Of a DNA stretch of 64,000 bases, positions 10,865 through 20,627 are shown piece by piece. Made by a program: the position numbers and the translations under genes. Positions within the stretch are counted from its first letter, which is position 1; each line of letters opens with the position of its first letter. The stretch lies in contig DLKT01000014.1 of the NCBI GenBank assembly GCA_002477825.1, positions 1,825-65,824 of the forward strand, in the 5' to 3' direction. This DNA comes from Bacillales bacterium UBA7581. GTDB lineage: Bacteria > Bacillota_I > Bacilli_A > RFN20 > CAG-826. The notes under the pieces were generated by a model. That model saw only the letters and a program-made list of their open reading frames with translations, was not told the DNA's origin and did not search any database.

Positions 10865-11863
10865 TTACTCCTTTTTTTCTTCAACAGTTGTGGTGGTTTC
10901 AGCGGATTTGTCTTCTGCTTTTGGAGCAGGTTTTCTGCCGGTGCGTTTTCCTTGACGTCTTTCGCCACCATTAGCTTCTTTTTCTTCTCTAGCTTTTTGG
11001 GCTGCTGCTCTCTTTTCAGCATCAGCTTTATCAACGGCTTGAATTGCATCTGTCATTGTGACATCGCCTTCGCCTTCATCTTTGGTGTAAGCAACTAAAG
11101 TTTGTCCACCTTTAGATTCGACAACAGCATCGGCCATGACCGCTAAAATTAAACGGACGGAACGAATGGCATCGTCGTTAGCTGGAATGGCATAATCAAC
11201 TTCATCTGGATCACAGTTGGTATCAACAATACCGAACACTGGGATACCTAATTTATGAGCTTCAGCAACAGCGTTGTGTTCAATGCGTGGATCAATGACA
11301 AAGATAGCATTTGGAATCTTACGCATTTCTTTAATACCCTCTAAGTTACGGGTTAATTTTTCTTTTTCTTTACGAAGTAAGGCTACTTCTTTCTTTGGAA
11401 GGACATCGAATTCTCCATCTTCTTCCATTTTTTCTAAGCTCTTTAAATAGCGAATACGTGTTTGAATGGTCTTAAAGTTAGTTAAGGTACCGCCTAACCA
11501 ACGAGCGGTGATAAAGAATGAACCAGAACGAAGGGCTTCTTCTTTCACTGCGTCTTGGCATTGTTTTTTAGTACCAACGAAAAGTACTTTTCCGCCTTCA
11601 TCAACGATAGCTTTTAAAGCTTTATAAGCGGTATCAATCATAGCGGCAGTCTTTTGTAAGTCAATAATGTATACGCCGTTACGAGCACCATAGATGTATT
11701 TGCCCATTTTTGGGTTCCATCTTCTGGTTTGATGTCCAAAGTGAACACCGGCTTCTAATAATTTTTTCATGGTGATGACAGGTGCATCTGGATCATGCAT
11801 GACTGTTTCCATGACATTTTCGGTTGCTTCTTCTAAAGCAACTTCCTTTTGTTCTTCTTCCAT
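10865..11863 (-). CDS. rpsB: 30S ribosomal protein S2 with acidic N-terminal and charged C-terminal extensions
   Basis: Core [23 protein letters not shown] strong SD (GGAGGAA) lies 7 nt before the ATG at 11863, which supports the long form (332 aa). Confidence 0.93.
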   Translation of the reverse strand: MEEEQKEVALEEATENVMETVMHDPDAPVITMKKLLEAGVHFGHQTRRWNPKMGKYIYGARNGVYIIDLQKTAAMIDTAYKALKAIVDEGGKVLFVGTKKQCQDAVKEEALRSGSFFITARWLGGTLTNFKTIQTRIRYLKSLEKMEEDGEFDVLPKKEVALLRKEKEKLTRNLEGIKEMRKIPNAIFVIDPRIEHNAVAEAHKLGIPVFGIVDTNCDPDEVDYAIPANDDAIRSVRLILAVMADAVVESKGGQTLVAYTKDEGEGDVTMTDAIQAVDKADAEKRAAAQKAREEKEANGGERRQGKRTGRKPAPKAEDKSAETTTTVEEKKE

Positions 11864-11994
11864 GAGAACTTCCTCCTATTTTGTTTTCCCTCCATTACTT
11901 CGAACAATTACCCCCTATAAAAACGCCCTTGCGCAAAGGGAACCGATAATTGAATCCATAATGTGTGTAGTCTCTTTTTTTCAAGAGCCTACTT

Positions 11995-12024
11995 ATTCTA
12001 TCATGGATAGCAAAGGAAAATCAA
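11995..12024 (-). promoter_or_regulatory. Candidate extended -10 promoter for rpsB-tsf
   Basis: Minus strand reads TTGATT-N18-TAGAAT, with TG one base upstream of the -10 (TGATAGAAT). About 130 nt upstream of the rpsB ATG. The leader contains a CCCTT-TGCGC-AAGGG hairpin plus a T5 run at 11919-11940. Confidence 0.45.
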
Positions 12025-12066
12025 TATTTATTTATTATATAAATAGTTTATATAGTATTCGACACT

Positions 12067-12984
12067 TTATCCTTTTTTATGCGCTCTTGGATGCGCGTTA
12101 AAATAGGTCGTTTGCATCTTCTCCATGCTTACGTGTGTATAGATTTGGGTGGTTGATAAAGAAGCGTGTCCTAAAAGTTCTTGAATGACTCTTAAATCTG
12201 CGCCATTATCTAATAAATGCGTAGCAAAAGTATGCCGCATTTTATGCGGGTAAAGTGAAAGATACACGCCGGTCTTTCTTTCAATCTCTTTTAAAATAAA
12301 TTCCAATCCCCGGGTAGTTAATGCTTTTCCTTGGTCATTTAAAAAGAAAGTATCCGGTAATGTTTCGTCGTGATTCTTTTTTAATAAAGTCGGGCGTAAT
12401 TCTTTTTGGTAACGGACCATTGCGTCTTTTGCGGTCACGGAAAAAGGAATGATTCTTTCTTTATTCCCTTTACCTACAATGCGTAAACAACGATTTCCAT
12501 AGTCAATATTAAAAATTTCTAAAGTGCAAATTTCAAAAGCCCGCATGCCCGAAGCATACAGTAATTCTAGAATGGCTTGATCACGAATCATCAAATGATC
12601 CGTTCTTAAAGCATTTTGCGCTAATAACTTCTCGACTTCTTCATAATAAAGAAATTCCGGTAATCTTTTATCTACTTTTGGCGAAGTAATCGTAAGAAAA
12701 GGATTCATTTTTACGTACTCGCGGTCCACTAAAAATTTAAAGAAATGGCGTAAAGCGCTCAGTTTTCTTTTAATGGATCTTTTGGAAATCCCATGCATCA
12801 TTTGAATGGTCAAAAAGTCACGAATATCCGTATTTTTTACCTCTAAAATATTTTTATCCATGTCTTCTAAAAATTTTAAATATTCTTCTATATCTCGAAC
12901 ATAAGCATCTTTTGTGTGCGTAGAATAATTTCTTTCTAACAAAAGATAGTCTTGAAAAAGTTTCACTAAATCATTCATGGACAT
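12067..12984 (-). CDS. xerC: Tyrosine site-specific recombinase XerC/CodV type (chromosome dimer resolution)
   Basis: N-terminal SAM-like domain. C-terminal catalytic HKMRHTFATHLL...LLGHASLSTTQIYTHV. Sits after trmFO as in B. subtilis (gid-codV). Confidence 0.85.
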   Translation of the reverse strand: MSMNDLVKLFQDYLLLERNYSTHTKDAYVRDIEEYLKFLEDMDKNILEVKNTDIRDFLTIQMMHGISKRSIKRKLSALRHFFKFLVDREYVKMNPFLTITSPKVDKRLPEFLYYEEVEKLLAQNALRTDHLMIRDQAILELLYASGMRAFEICTLEIFNIDYGNRCLRIVGKGNKERIIPFSVTAKDAMVRYQKELRPTLLKKNHDETLPDTFFLNDQGKALTTRGLEFILKEIERKTGVYLSLYPHKMRHTFATHLLDNGADLRVIQELLGHASLSTTQIYTHVSMEKMQTTYFNAHPRAHKKG

Positions 12985-14260
12985 GGTCCCACCATTCTTT
13001 TAAAGAAGCAAGGGAGCGGTCTGCTACCGCTAAACGATCTTTTGAAACTTGATACATAATGCCATAATTCGCGTTCATCGGTGAAAAATGTTTCACTGCC
13101 GCATGCGTAATATAAAATACCAAAGAGCCTAACATGGTGGTTTGTGGAATGATTTCAACATGGCCTTTTTTTAATTTTTGATCAATATAAATAGCTGCTA
13201 ATAAACCAGTAGCGGCACTTTCAACATAACCTTCTACGCCAGAAAGTTGTCCAGCCACATAAACATTTTCATCTTGCTTTAGTGTCAAGTTTTCGTTTAA
13301 ACAAGCCGGGGCGCATAAATAGGTATTTCGATGCATCAATCCATAACGAACAAACGTAGCGTTCTCTAATCCTGGTATCATAGAAAACACTCTTTTTTGT
13401 TCCGCATAGGTTAAATTGGTTTGAAAACCAACAATGTTATATAAACTGGCGGAAACGTTATCTTGACGTAGTTGCACGACCGCATAAGGACGATCTTCTG
13501 GTGTTCTTCTTAACCCCATTGGTTTTAAAGGTCCATAACGAAGCGTCTTTTCTCCTCTTTTAGCAATGGCTTCAATGGGCATACAGGCTTCAAAATAATT
13601 CACGCGATCAAAGTCGTGAAGTGGAGCCAATTCCGCATGAACTAAAGCATCGTAAAAACGTTCATATTCTTCTTTGTTCATCGCACAATTAATATACGAA
13701 TCATCCCCTTGTTCATAACGGGATTTATAATAAGCCTTGGTAAAGTCAATAGAATCTTTTTCAACAATCGGTGAACACGCGTCAAAAAAAGAAAGCGTTT
13801 CTGTACCGATTTTTTCTTGAAGAGCTTTCGTTAAGCTTGAAGAAGTTAAAGGTCCAGAAGCTAAAATTACGATTCCTTCTGGGATTTCTTTCACTTCTTC
13901 TTCAACAATTTGAATATTGGGATGCGATCGAATTTTCTCCGTAATGGTTGAAGCAAAAAGCGTACGATCAACGGATAAGGCTTGACCAGAAGGGACTTTA
14001 GCAGCTTCAGCCGCTTCCATCGTTAAAGAACCCATGTGACGCATTTCTTCTTTTAATAAGCCACAAGCATTTTCTAAGCGATTGGATTTTAAAGAATTGG
14101 AGCAAACAAGTTCTCCAAATAAAGAAGTATGATGAGCGGGTGTCATTTTTGTTGGGCGCATTTCATAAAGCACGACTTGATAGCCTTGATTCGCTAAATA
14201 ATAAGCAGCTTCTGAACCCGCAAGTCCCGCGCCAATAATTTGTATTTTTTCCATGCTCAT
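12971..14260 (-). CDS. trmFO: Methylenetetrahydrofolate-tRNA-(uracil54-C5)-methyltransferase TrmFO (Gid)
   Basis: IIGAGLAGSEAA FAD-binding motif. 429 aa. Lies between topA and xerC. Confidence 0.92.
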   Translation of the reverse strand: MSMEKIQIIGAGLAGSEAAYYLANQGYQVVLYEMRPTKMTPAHHTSLFGELVCSNSLKSNRLENACGLLKEEMRHMGSLTMEAAEAAKVPSGQALSVDRTLFASTITEKIRSHPNIQIVEEEVKEIPEGIVILASGPLTSSSLTKALQEKIGTETLSFFDACSPIVEKDSIDFTKAYYKSRYEQGDDSYINCAMNKEEYERFYDALVHAELAPLHDFDRVNYFEACMPIEAIAKRGEKTLRYGPLKPMGLRRTPEDRPYAVVQLRQDNVSASLYNIVGFQTNLTYAEQKRVFSMIPGLENATFVRYGLMHRNTYLCAPACLNENLTLKQDENVYVAGQLSGVEGYVESAATGLLAAIYIDQKLKKGHVEIIPQTTMLGSLVFYITHAAVKHFSPMNANYGIMYQVSKDRLAVADRSLASLKEWWDHVHE

Positions 14261-14286
14261 TCCTTCTTTCTTTTCTCAGTATAGCA

Positions 14287-14308
14287 TAAAAAAACGGGGT
14301 TTACCCGT
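14287..14308 (-). terminator. Terminator overlapping the topA stop codon
   Basis: Minus strand reads ACGGG-TAAAC-CCCGT followed by TTTTTTT. The topA TAA lies in the loop. Confidence 0.6.
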
Positions 14309-16412
14309 TTTCTTTTTCATCTTTTGGTTCGTATTTTTCAATATGCTTACAGCGTGGATAATTGGAGCATCCTAGGAAAGGACTTCTTCCTCTTACCCCT
14401 GGTTTTAAAATCAAATCTCCACCACAATCAGGGCATTTTTTAATAACGATTCTTTCTTTCGGTTCCGCCCCTTTAATGTAATGACAATGAGGATAATTGC
14501 TACAAGCTTCAAAAACCTCACCTTTTTTGTTTTTACGGTATACCATTTCATGTCCACATTTTGGACAAAGTTCGCCTGTTGGTTTCGGTGCTTCTTTTTT
14601 CTCCACGACTTTATATTTGCACTTTGGATAATTACTACAGGCAATAAAATCACCATAGGCGCCATGTTTTTTTACTAAAGCCGAGCCACATTCTGGGCAA
14701 GTACCATATGTTTCTTCAGGAATAGGAATGGTATAATCTCCATCCACTGCCGCTTCATAAATCGGCATAAATAAATCGTAGAAAGATTTTAATAGATGTA
14801 ACCTGGTTTCTTTATGACGCATTACACTATCGAGATCTTCTTCCATTTCCGCGGTAAAGGTTGTATTGATTAAACGTAAGAAATACTTATCTAAGTAATC
14901 CGCCGTAATTTTACCTTCACGGGTTGGAATTAAATATCCAGATTCGCTTTCTACATATTTTCTCTTAAGAAGAATTTGAATCGTAGAAGCATAAGTAGAA
15001 GGTCTACCAATACCTAATTCTTCCATGAGTTTAACAACTTTTGCTTCCGAATAATGCGCTGGCGCTTTGGTAAAATGTTGTTCTTTGGTCATTTCTTTTA
15101 CGTCGTAAGTTGCGCCTTCTTCCACTTTAGGAAGGGTATTTGTTTTTTCTTCATCTTCGGCACTTCGATAGATTTTTTCATAACCATCGAAGACTAAGGT
15201 TTCGCCTTCCGCTTTAAAAACGTAATTCTTTACGTTCATTAAAATGGTGGTGACTTCGTATTCACTCGCTTTCATTAAAGAAGCAAGGGTACGATAATAA
15301 ATCATTTTATATAATTGATATTCATCACGAGATAAATATTCTTTCATCATTTCTGGTGTGCGCTTTAAAGAAGTTGGACGAATAGCTTCGTGAGCATCTT
15401 GTACTTGTCCTTTTTGTTTAGCAATATGAACTTTTCCTAAATAGGCTTCGCCATAATTTTCAAGAATATATTTCTCTGCTGATTCCACGAATTGTAAAGA
15501 AAGACGAGCGGAATCCGTTCTCATATAAGTAATTAAACCGGTAATTTCATCGCCAATGGTTTTACCTTCATAAAGCTTTTGGGCGATGGAGGCGGTCTTC
15601 TTCGTTGAGAATTTATAACGATTGAAAGCTTCTTGTTGTAAAGTGGAAGTAATAAAAGGAGCCTTGGGTTCTTTTTTCTTAGTCTTTTTAATCACACTAT
15701 CCACTTTAAAAGCACTCGGTAATTCATCTAAAATGCTTTGTGCTTCTTGTTCATTATGAATTTGTGGTTGCTTTCCATCGATTTTATCTAGTTTAATAGG
15801 AAGCTCTTTTTTCATTACGGATAAAGCACCTTGAATGGTCCAATATTCTTCAGGAACAAAGGCTTCAATTTCTTTTTCGTGATCCACGATTAATTTTAAA
15901 GCAGCGGATTGAACACGGCCCGCTGATTCCATTTTAATCTTTTTCTTTAAAAGGCCCGTTAATTTAAAGCCCATGATACGATCAAGAATTCTACGACATT
16001 CTTGCGATTCCACTAAATCCATATTAATGGTTCGAGGATGTTCAATCGCATTTTGAATGGCTGGACGAGTAATTTCATGAAATTCTAGTCTTTTGGTTTG
16101 GTCGACAGGTAAATGTAAAACTTCGGCTAAATGCCAGGCAATCGCTTCCCCTTCACGGTCAGGGTCGGTAGCGAGTAAAACTTCTGAAGCTTTTTGCGCT
16201 TCTTTTTCTAATGAGGTAATAATTTTTGCTTTGGTTTTATCTTCAATGTAATGAGGGGCAAAATCGTGTTCGATATCAACACCTAACCCTCCTTTACCGG
16301 TAGTGGCTAAATCGCGGATATGTCCATACGACGCCATAACCTTATAATCATTACCTAAATACTTTCCAATGGTTTTACATTTGGCTGGTGACTCAACTAT
16401 GACTAGCTTCAT
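14301..16412 (-). CDS. topA: DNA topoisomerase I
   Basis: TOPRIM N-terminus (KLVIVESPAKCKTI), DPDREGE, and several C-terminal Cys4 zinc ribbons (CPECG, CPKCG, CPDCG). Confidence 0.96.
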   Translation of the reverse strand: MKLVIVESPAKCKTIGKYLGNDYKVMASYGHIRDLATTGKGGLGVDIEHDFAPHYIEDKTKAKIITSLEKEAQKASEVLLATDPDREGEAIAWHLAEVLHLPVDQTKRLEFHEITRPAIQNAIEHPRTINMDLVESQECRRILDRIMGFKLTGLLKKKIKMESAGRVQSAALKLIVDHEKEIEAFVPEEYWTIQGALSVMKKELPIKLDKIDGKQPQIHNEQEAQSILDELPSAFKVDSVIKKTKKKEPKAPFITSTLQQEAFNRYKFSTKKTASIAQKLYEGKTIGDEITGLITYMRTDSARLSLQFVESAEKYILENYGEAYLGKVHIAKQKGQVQDAHEAIRPTSLKRTPEMMKEYLSRDEYQLYKMIYYRTLASLMKASEYEVTTILMNVKNYVFKAEGETLVFDGYEKIYRSAEDEEKTNTLPKVEEGATYDVKEMTKEQHFTKAPAHYSEAKVVKLMEELGIGRPSTYASTIQILLKRKYVESESGYLIPTREGKITADYLDKYFLRLINTTFTAEMEEDLDSVMRHKETRLHLLKSFYDLFMPIYEAAVDGDYTIPIPEETYGTCPECGSALVKKHGAYGDFIACSNYPKCKYKVVEKKEAPKPTGELCPKCGHEMVYRKNKKGEVFEACSNYPHCHYIKGAEPKERIVIKKCPDCGGDLILKPGVRGRSPFLGCSNYPRCKHIEKYEPKDEKENG

Positions 16413-16517
16413 AGAATCACTCCTTTCAGCATTTCATTATTATGCGTTCAATTTCTAATGTCAATAACGCTTTTTTATTCCTTATATATTTATTTAAATA
16501 AATTAAATAAAAATTTT

Positions 16518-17303
16518 TTACTCCAATTTGAATTCTTCTAATATGTCTTGACCTTTCTCTATTAAAATGGCGCCTTCACGAATTAAACGATTGGTATAAT
16601 GATGTTCATTAAAAATGGAATGCGGGATACATAGGATGTCTTTTCCAAATTCTAATGCCGCTTGAATGGTATACGCTGTCCCTGATTTTTCTGAAGCTTC
16701 TACTACTAAAGTCGCTTTGGATAAAGCGGCAATTAAACGATTACGCGTGGGAAAATGATATTGATTCGGCGCGGTGTCTAAAGGATATTCACTGATTAAC
16801 AATCCGTTTTCCTTTATATAATCATAGATTTTTTGATTTTCTTTCGGATAACATAGGTCAATTCCACTTCCTAAGATAGCAATCGTTGGCGCTTTAGTTT
16901 CTATAGCTGTAAGATGCGCAGTTGCATCAATTCCTTTGGCTAATCCAGAAACGATAACGAGTTGCGCTTGTAACTCTTGAATTACTTTCTTCACCGACTT
17001 TTTCCCATATTCCGTACATTTTCTTGATCCTACCACCGCAAGACGAGGTAAACGAAGTAAATCATAATTTCCATAATAAAATAATATAAATGGCGGTTTA
17101 TAAATCTTCTTTAAGTCTTCTGGGTAATCATCATCAATAATCGTTACATAATTAGCGTGATTAACTGAAATTACTCTTTGTAGTTCTTCTTCATCAATAT
17201 ATTCTTTCTTTTCTAACGCTTTTAAAATGCTTTCCCATTCTCCATGATGCTTTATCGCTAAATAAAGTAAAACTTCTCTTCCTCTTCCTTTTCCTGTACT
17301 CAT
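16518..17303 (-). CDS. dprA: DNA-processing protein DprA (Smf)
   Basis: Rossmann-like DprA core (VVGSRKCTEYG, SGLAKGIDATAH, SGTAYTI). The start is set at the ATG at 17303, preceded by AAGGAG. The ORF-track upstream extension is rejected. Confidence 0.88.
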   Translation of the reverse strand: MSTGKGRGREVLLYLAIKHHGEWESILKALEKKEYIDEEELQRVISVNHANYVTIIDDDYPEDLKKIYKPPFILFYYGNYDLLRLPRLAVVGSRKCTEYGKKSVKKVIQELQAQLVIVSGLAKGIDATAHLTAIETKAPTIAILGSGIDLCYPKENQKIYDYIKENGLLISEYPLDTAPNQYHFPTRNRLIAALSKATLVVEASEKSGTAYTIQAALEFGKDILCIPHSIFNEHHYTNRLIREGAILIEKGQDILEEFKLE

Positions 17304-17349
17304 ATTTTTTCTCCTTTTCTTTTTTAATACGAAGAAAAGAAAAAAATCC

Positions 17350-17973
17350 CTAATCAAATAGGGATAATTGTTCGTTCATCGCTTTTTGTACAGGTCCATA
17401 AGTATAACGATGTATACCGGGAATCGGTCCATATTTATCTAAAGCAAGAAGATGCTCTTTGGTACCATAACCTTTATGGTGCTTAAAGCCATACTGCGGA
17501 TATAGTTCATCTAAGGATTCCATCATTTCGTCTCTTGTTACTTTCGCAATGATAGAGGCTGCGGCAATACATTGCGCTTTCGCATCACCTTTAATAATGT
17601 CGATAACCGGAACATCATAGCCAAATAAAGGCATTGCATCCGTCAAGACCAAATCAAATTGATGGGCCATATTTTCAATGGCCATATTCATCGCCAGGCG
17701 ACTAGCTTGATAAATATTAATTTCATCAATCTTTTCCGCGCTTACGATGCCAATTCCAAAGGCAATCGCGTGATTTTCAATTTCATCTAATAACGCTCTT
17801 CTTTTTTTATCGGTTAATTTTTTTGAATCATTAATATCTTCATTATGATAATCACTAGGAAGAATACAGGCAGCTGCAACCACTGGACCCGCTAAAGGGC
17901 CACGACCTGCTTCATCACAGCCAACAATGAGGTGATAGCCTTGTTCAAAAAATTCTTTTTCGTACGTTAACAT
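17350..17973 (-). CDS. rnhB: Ribonuclease HII
   Basis: GCDEAGRGPLAGPVV and DSKKL motifs. 207 aa. Confidence 0.95.
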   Translation of the reverse strand: MLTYEKEFFEQGYHLIVGCDEAGRGPLAGPVVAAACILPSDYHNEDINDSKKLTDKKRRALLDEIENHAIAFGIGIVSAEKIDEINIYQASRLAMNMAIENMAHQFDLVLTDAMPLFGYDVPVIDIIKGDAKAQCIAAASIIAKVTRDEMMESLDELYPQYGFKHHKGYGTKEHLLALDKYGPIPGIHRYTYGPVQKAMNEQLSLFD

Positions 17974-18830
17974 GCACTTTCCCTCTTTTCAATGGTGATT
18001 CTACCTAAAGTACCATCTTTAAATTCTTTTAAAAGTAAACGTTCGGCTTTTTCTACATCCGGTTCACCTTTCGTTAATAAGCCTCTTTTCTTAGCGACTT
18101 GAAGCCAAATTTCTTCTAAAGGCATATCTTTTATTTTCTCTATTTGAAAGCGACTTTCTAACTTTTCACTATGATATTCTTTTAAAAAAGAAAGCAGTTC
18201 TGTGGCGATTACAGTTAAAGGTAAGATATCTTCTTTAATGGATCCTAGCCATGCTAAATGCATGCTATAAGTAGCGTCTTCATATTGCATAGGAAGAATT
18301 CCTGGTGTGTCTAATAATTCAAAAAGTTGATCTACTTTAATCCATTGTTGCGCTCTAGTATGCCCCGGTGTATTTTGTACACTAGCGGCATTTCTACGGC
18401 TTAACCGATTGATTAATGTCGATTTTCCGACATTTGGAATACCAATAATCATCGTTTTTAAAGGTTGCGGTTTTAATCCTCTTCTTTTATCTCTTTCCCA
18501 CTTATCTTTACCTAAAGATTGAATGGCTTTTTTTAATTCAGCATCCGATTTTGGATAAGTTAAATCTAGCGGAAGTGCAATAATTCCTTCATTTTTAAAA
18601 TATTCAACCCAACGTTTGGTTTCTTCTTCATCCGCTAAATCTTTTTTAGCTAAAACGACTAAACGCTTTTTTTGTGGCGCTAAATCTTTTAAATAAGGAT
18701 TGCGGCTTGATATAGGTGCACGAGCGTCCACAATTTCAATAATAACATCCATGATTTTTAAGCGCTCTTCAATTTCTTTTAACGCCTTTTTCATATGGCC
18801 TGGAAACCAATGAATACTCTTTTGTTGCAT
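17967..18830 (-). CDS. rbgA: Ribosome biogenesis GTPase A (YlqF)
   Basis: Circularly permuted GTPase. Shows WFPGHMKKA, LAKKDL (NKxD-like) and GIPNVGKST. Confidence 0.93.
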   Translation of the reverse strand: MQQKSIHWFPGHMKKALKEIEERLKIMDVIIEIVDARAPISSRNPYLKDLAPQKKRLVVLAKKDLADEEETKRWVEYFKNEGIIALPLDLTYPKSDAELKKAIQSLGKDKWERDKRRGLKPQPLKTMIIGIPNVGKSTLINRLSRRNAASVQNTPGHTRAQQWIKVDQLFELLDTPGILPMQYEDATYSMHLAWLGSIKEDILPLTVIATELLSFLKEYHSEKLESRFQIEKIKDMPLEEIWLQVAKKRGLLTKGEPDVEKAERLLLKEFKDGTLGRITIEKRESAC

Positions 18831-18847
18831 CTATCTCGCCTCCTTTT

Positions 18848-19477
18848 TTAAAAATATTGTTTTTTAATTTTTTTCTTTTTTACACATACTCTTTCGCCAC
18901 TAGATTGGCCAATCTCTTCACAAACGGTATCGACATACCATAACACACCATCAATTTCTTCATAAGGTACTAAACCTAATCCGTGTTCAGAGTCTAATGA
19001 TTTACCCGGATTTCGATTATCACCTAAAACATAATAATAGCCTTTAGGTATGGTTAATTCTTTTCCACAAGCCATGTTATAGGATCCAACGCAAGTTGTT
19101 CTTTTCGTTTGTTCCCATTCCATTTGAGCATCATCGGTTGGAATAAAATTTTGTAATACGATTTTTCCATTAATGGTTATTTCGCCGGTTATATTATCAA
19201 CTGAGACTGTTTCTCCTGGTAAAGCAATAACGCGCTTAATCAAGCGTTCTCCTCTAGCCTTACTATCAAAAATGATGATATCAAACCGTTTGAGATGTTT
19301 TTTTCGATAGGTTGTTCTTATCGTTTTTCCTTCTGATAAATCACCTAATGTAGGTGACATTGAAGTTCCATCAATAATGACTCCACCAGTTAAAAATCGA
19401 AACAAGCAAAAACTAATACTAAAAATAACGACAAGGGCCGTAAAAATATTGAGAATGACTTGTTTTTTCGGTTTCAT
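18848..19477 (-). CDS. lepB: Signal peptidase I (bacterial P-type, LepB/SipS-like)
   Basis: N-terminal TM helix, Ser box DGTSMSPTL, Lys box KRVIALPGE, and GDNRNPGKSLDS. Confidence 0.92.
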   Translation of the reverse strand: MKPKKQVILNIFTALVVIFSISFCLFRFLTGGVIIDGTSMSPTLGDLSEGKTIRTTYRKKHLKRFDIIIFDSKARGERLIKRVIALPGETVSVDNITGEITINGKIVLQNFIPTDDAQMEWEQTKRTTCVGSYNMACGKELTIPKGYYYVLGDNRNPGKSLDSEHGLGLVPYEEIDGVLWYVDTVCEEIGQSSGERVCVKKKKIKKQYF

Positions 19478-19536
19478 ACGGATTTCACCTGCTTCTTATT
19501 CTATATTTTACCACAAAAATGCAGTTATCAAAACTG

Positions 19537-19563
19537 AAAAAAAGGCCCTTATGAAAAAGGGCC
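19537..19563 (-). terminator. Rho-independent terminator after rplS
   Basis: Minus strand reads GGCCCTT-TTTCAT-AAGGGCC followed by TTTTTTT, 10 nt after the rplS stop. Confidence 0.85.
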
Positions 19564-19572
19564 CAATGAGCA

Positions 19573-19920
19573 TTAAAGAATTTCCTTAATACGAGCAGAT
19601 TTACCAGATAATTTTCTTAAGTAGTAAATCTTATGACGACGTACTTTACCACGTTTTAAGACTTCAATGGAGCTAATAGATGGAGAATGAAGTGGGAATG
19701 TTCTTTCTACACCAACGCCATTGGAAACTTTACGTACAATGAAAGTTTCGGAGACACCACTACCACGGCGAGCTAAGCAAACGCCTTGGAAAGCTTGGAC
19801 ACGTTGTTTATTGTTTTCAATAATACGAACGTTAACACGAATGGTATCACCAGAACCAAATTCTGGAATGTCTTTTTTTAATTGAGAAGCGGTAATTTCT
19901 TTTACTAAATTGTTGTTCAT
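19573..19920 (-). CDS. rplS: 50S ribosomal protein L19
   Basis: 115 aa. Typical L19 sequence ([34 protein letters not shown]). Confidence 0.97.
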   Translation of the reverse strand: MNNNLVKEITASQLKKDIPEFGSGDTIRVNVRIIENNKQRVQAFQGVCLARRGSGVSETFIVRKVSNGVGVERTFPLHSPSISSIEVLKRGKVRRHKIYYLRKLSGKSARIKEIL

Positions 19921-20045
19921 CGTTAAGTTCTCCTTCCCGTTTTCTAACGCGATATAATCCTATCAAAATCGACTATAAAAATCAACATTTTTTTAAAATT
20001 TTGTAAAAAAATTAATTTTGACCCGTCAAAATGAAGAAAAACGAG

Positions 20046-20366
20046 TTATAGCTTTTCTAGTTTTTCAGTTTCATAGTCTACTACTATGAATGTTCCATCA
20101 TTAATCTTAGATAATCTATTTTTTATTTTTCGAATTAGTTCTAACATTTTATCTTTAGTTTTTTTCTCTAGTTCTTCATTAAACCAACAATTTTGATTAT
20201 GAGAATCAAATTCATAATATGAATCAAATAATTTTCTAGTTTCTTCATTTAGTTTTATCAATTCCAAATCTTTATCAATTAAATCGTAATTAGTTGAAAT
20301 CCCTTCTTCGTCACACACCCACAATATCCCATGAATGAATTCATTCATTAATTTAATTATATACAT
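20046..20366 (-). CDS. Small acidic cytosolic hypothetical protein (106 aa)
   Basis: ORF with GGAG 9 nt before the ATG at 20366. The upstream TTG/ATG extension in the ORF track has no RBS. No family recognised. Very AT-rich. Confidence 0.45.
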   Translation of the reverse strand: MYIIKLMNEFIHGILWVCDEEGISTNYDLIDKDLELIKLNEETRKLFDSYYEFDSHNQNCWFNEELEKKTKDKMLELIRKIKNRLSKINDGTFIVVDYETEKLEKL

Positions 20367-20627
20367 TTCATTTTTCTCCTTTTTCATAGTGCCTATGATT
20401 AAATAGTGTTTTTCATAATTATAGATTCTTTTAAGTTTCATGCTGCTTTTCATATGTCTAAGAGTGGCAGTATTTAATGTTTTTTCTTCTTTTCATAAGA
20501 AGAAATGTTTACACTTTTTTCTTAATGAAAGAATATCATACTTTAGTAAAACATCCCAATTAACTAACATAATAAATCACATAAAAACTCCTCCACCATT
20601 TGATGAAGGAGTTAGAAAGTTCATTTT

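Noticed and set aside
10840-11049. Same-strand overlapping ORFs: 69 aa inside the rpsB 3' region, and likewise 14411-14665 inside topA, 21838-22026 inside the permease, and 58415-58633 inside rnc.
   Set aside because: They are alternative-frame ORFs inside strongly conserved genes. There is no independent start signal and no recognisable protein features.
19921-20045. A promoter and L19-leader for the now isolated rplS. Candidates are TTGACG-N18-TACAAA and the palindrome TTTTGAC-GG-GTCAAAA at about 20012-20029.
   Set aside because: The candidate -10 hexamers are weak, and I cannot recall the L19-leader consensus well enough to match it. An Rfam RF00556 scan and TSS data are needed.
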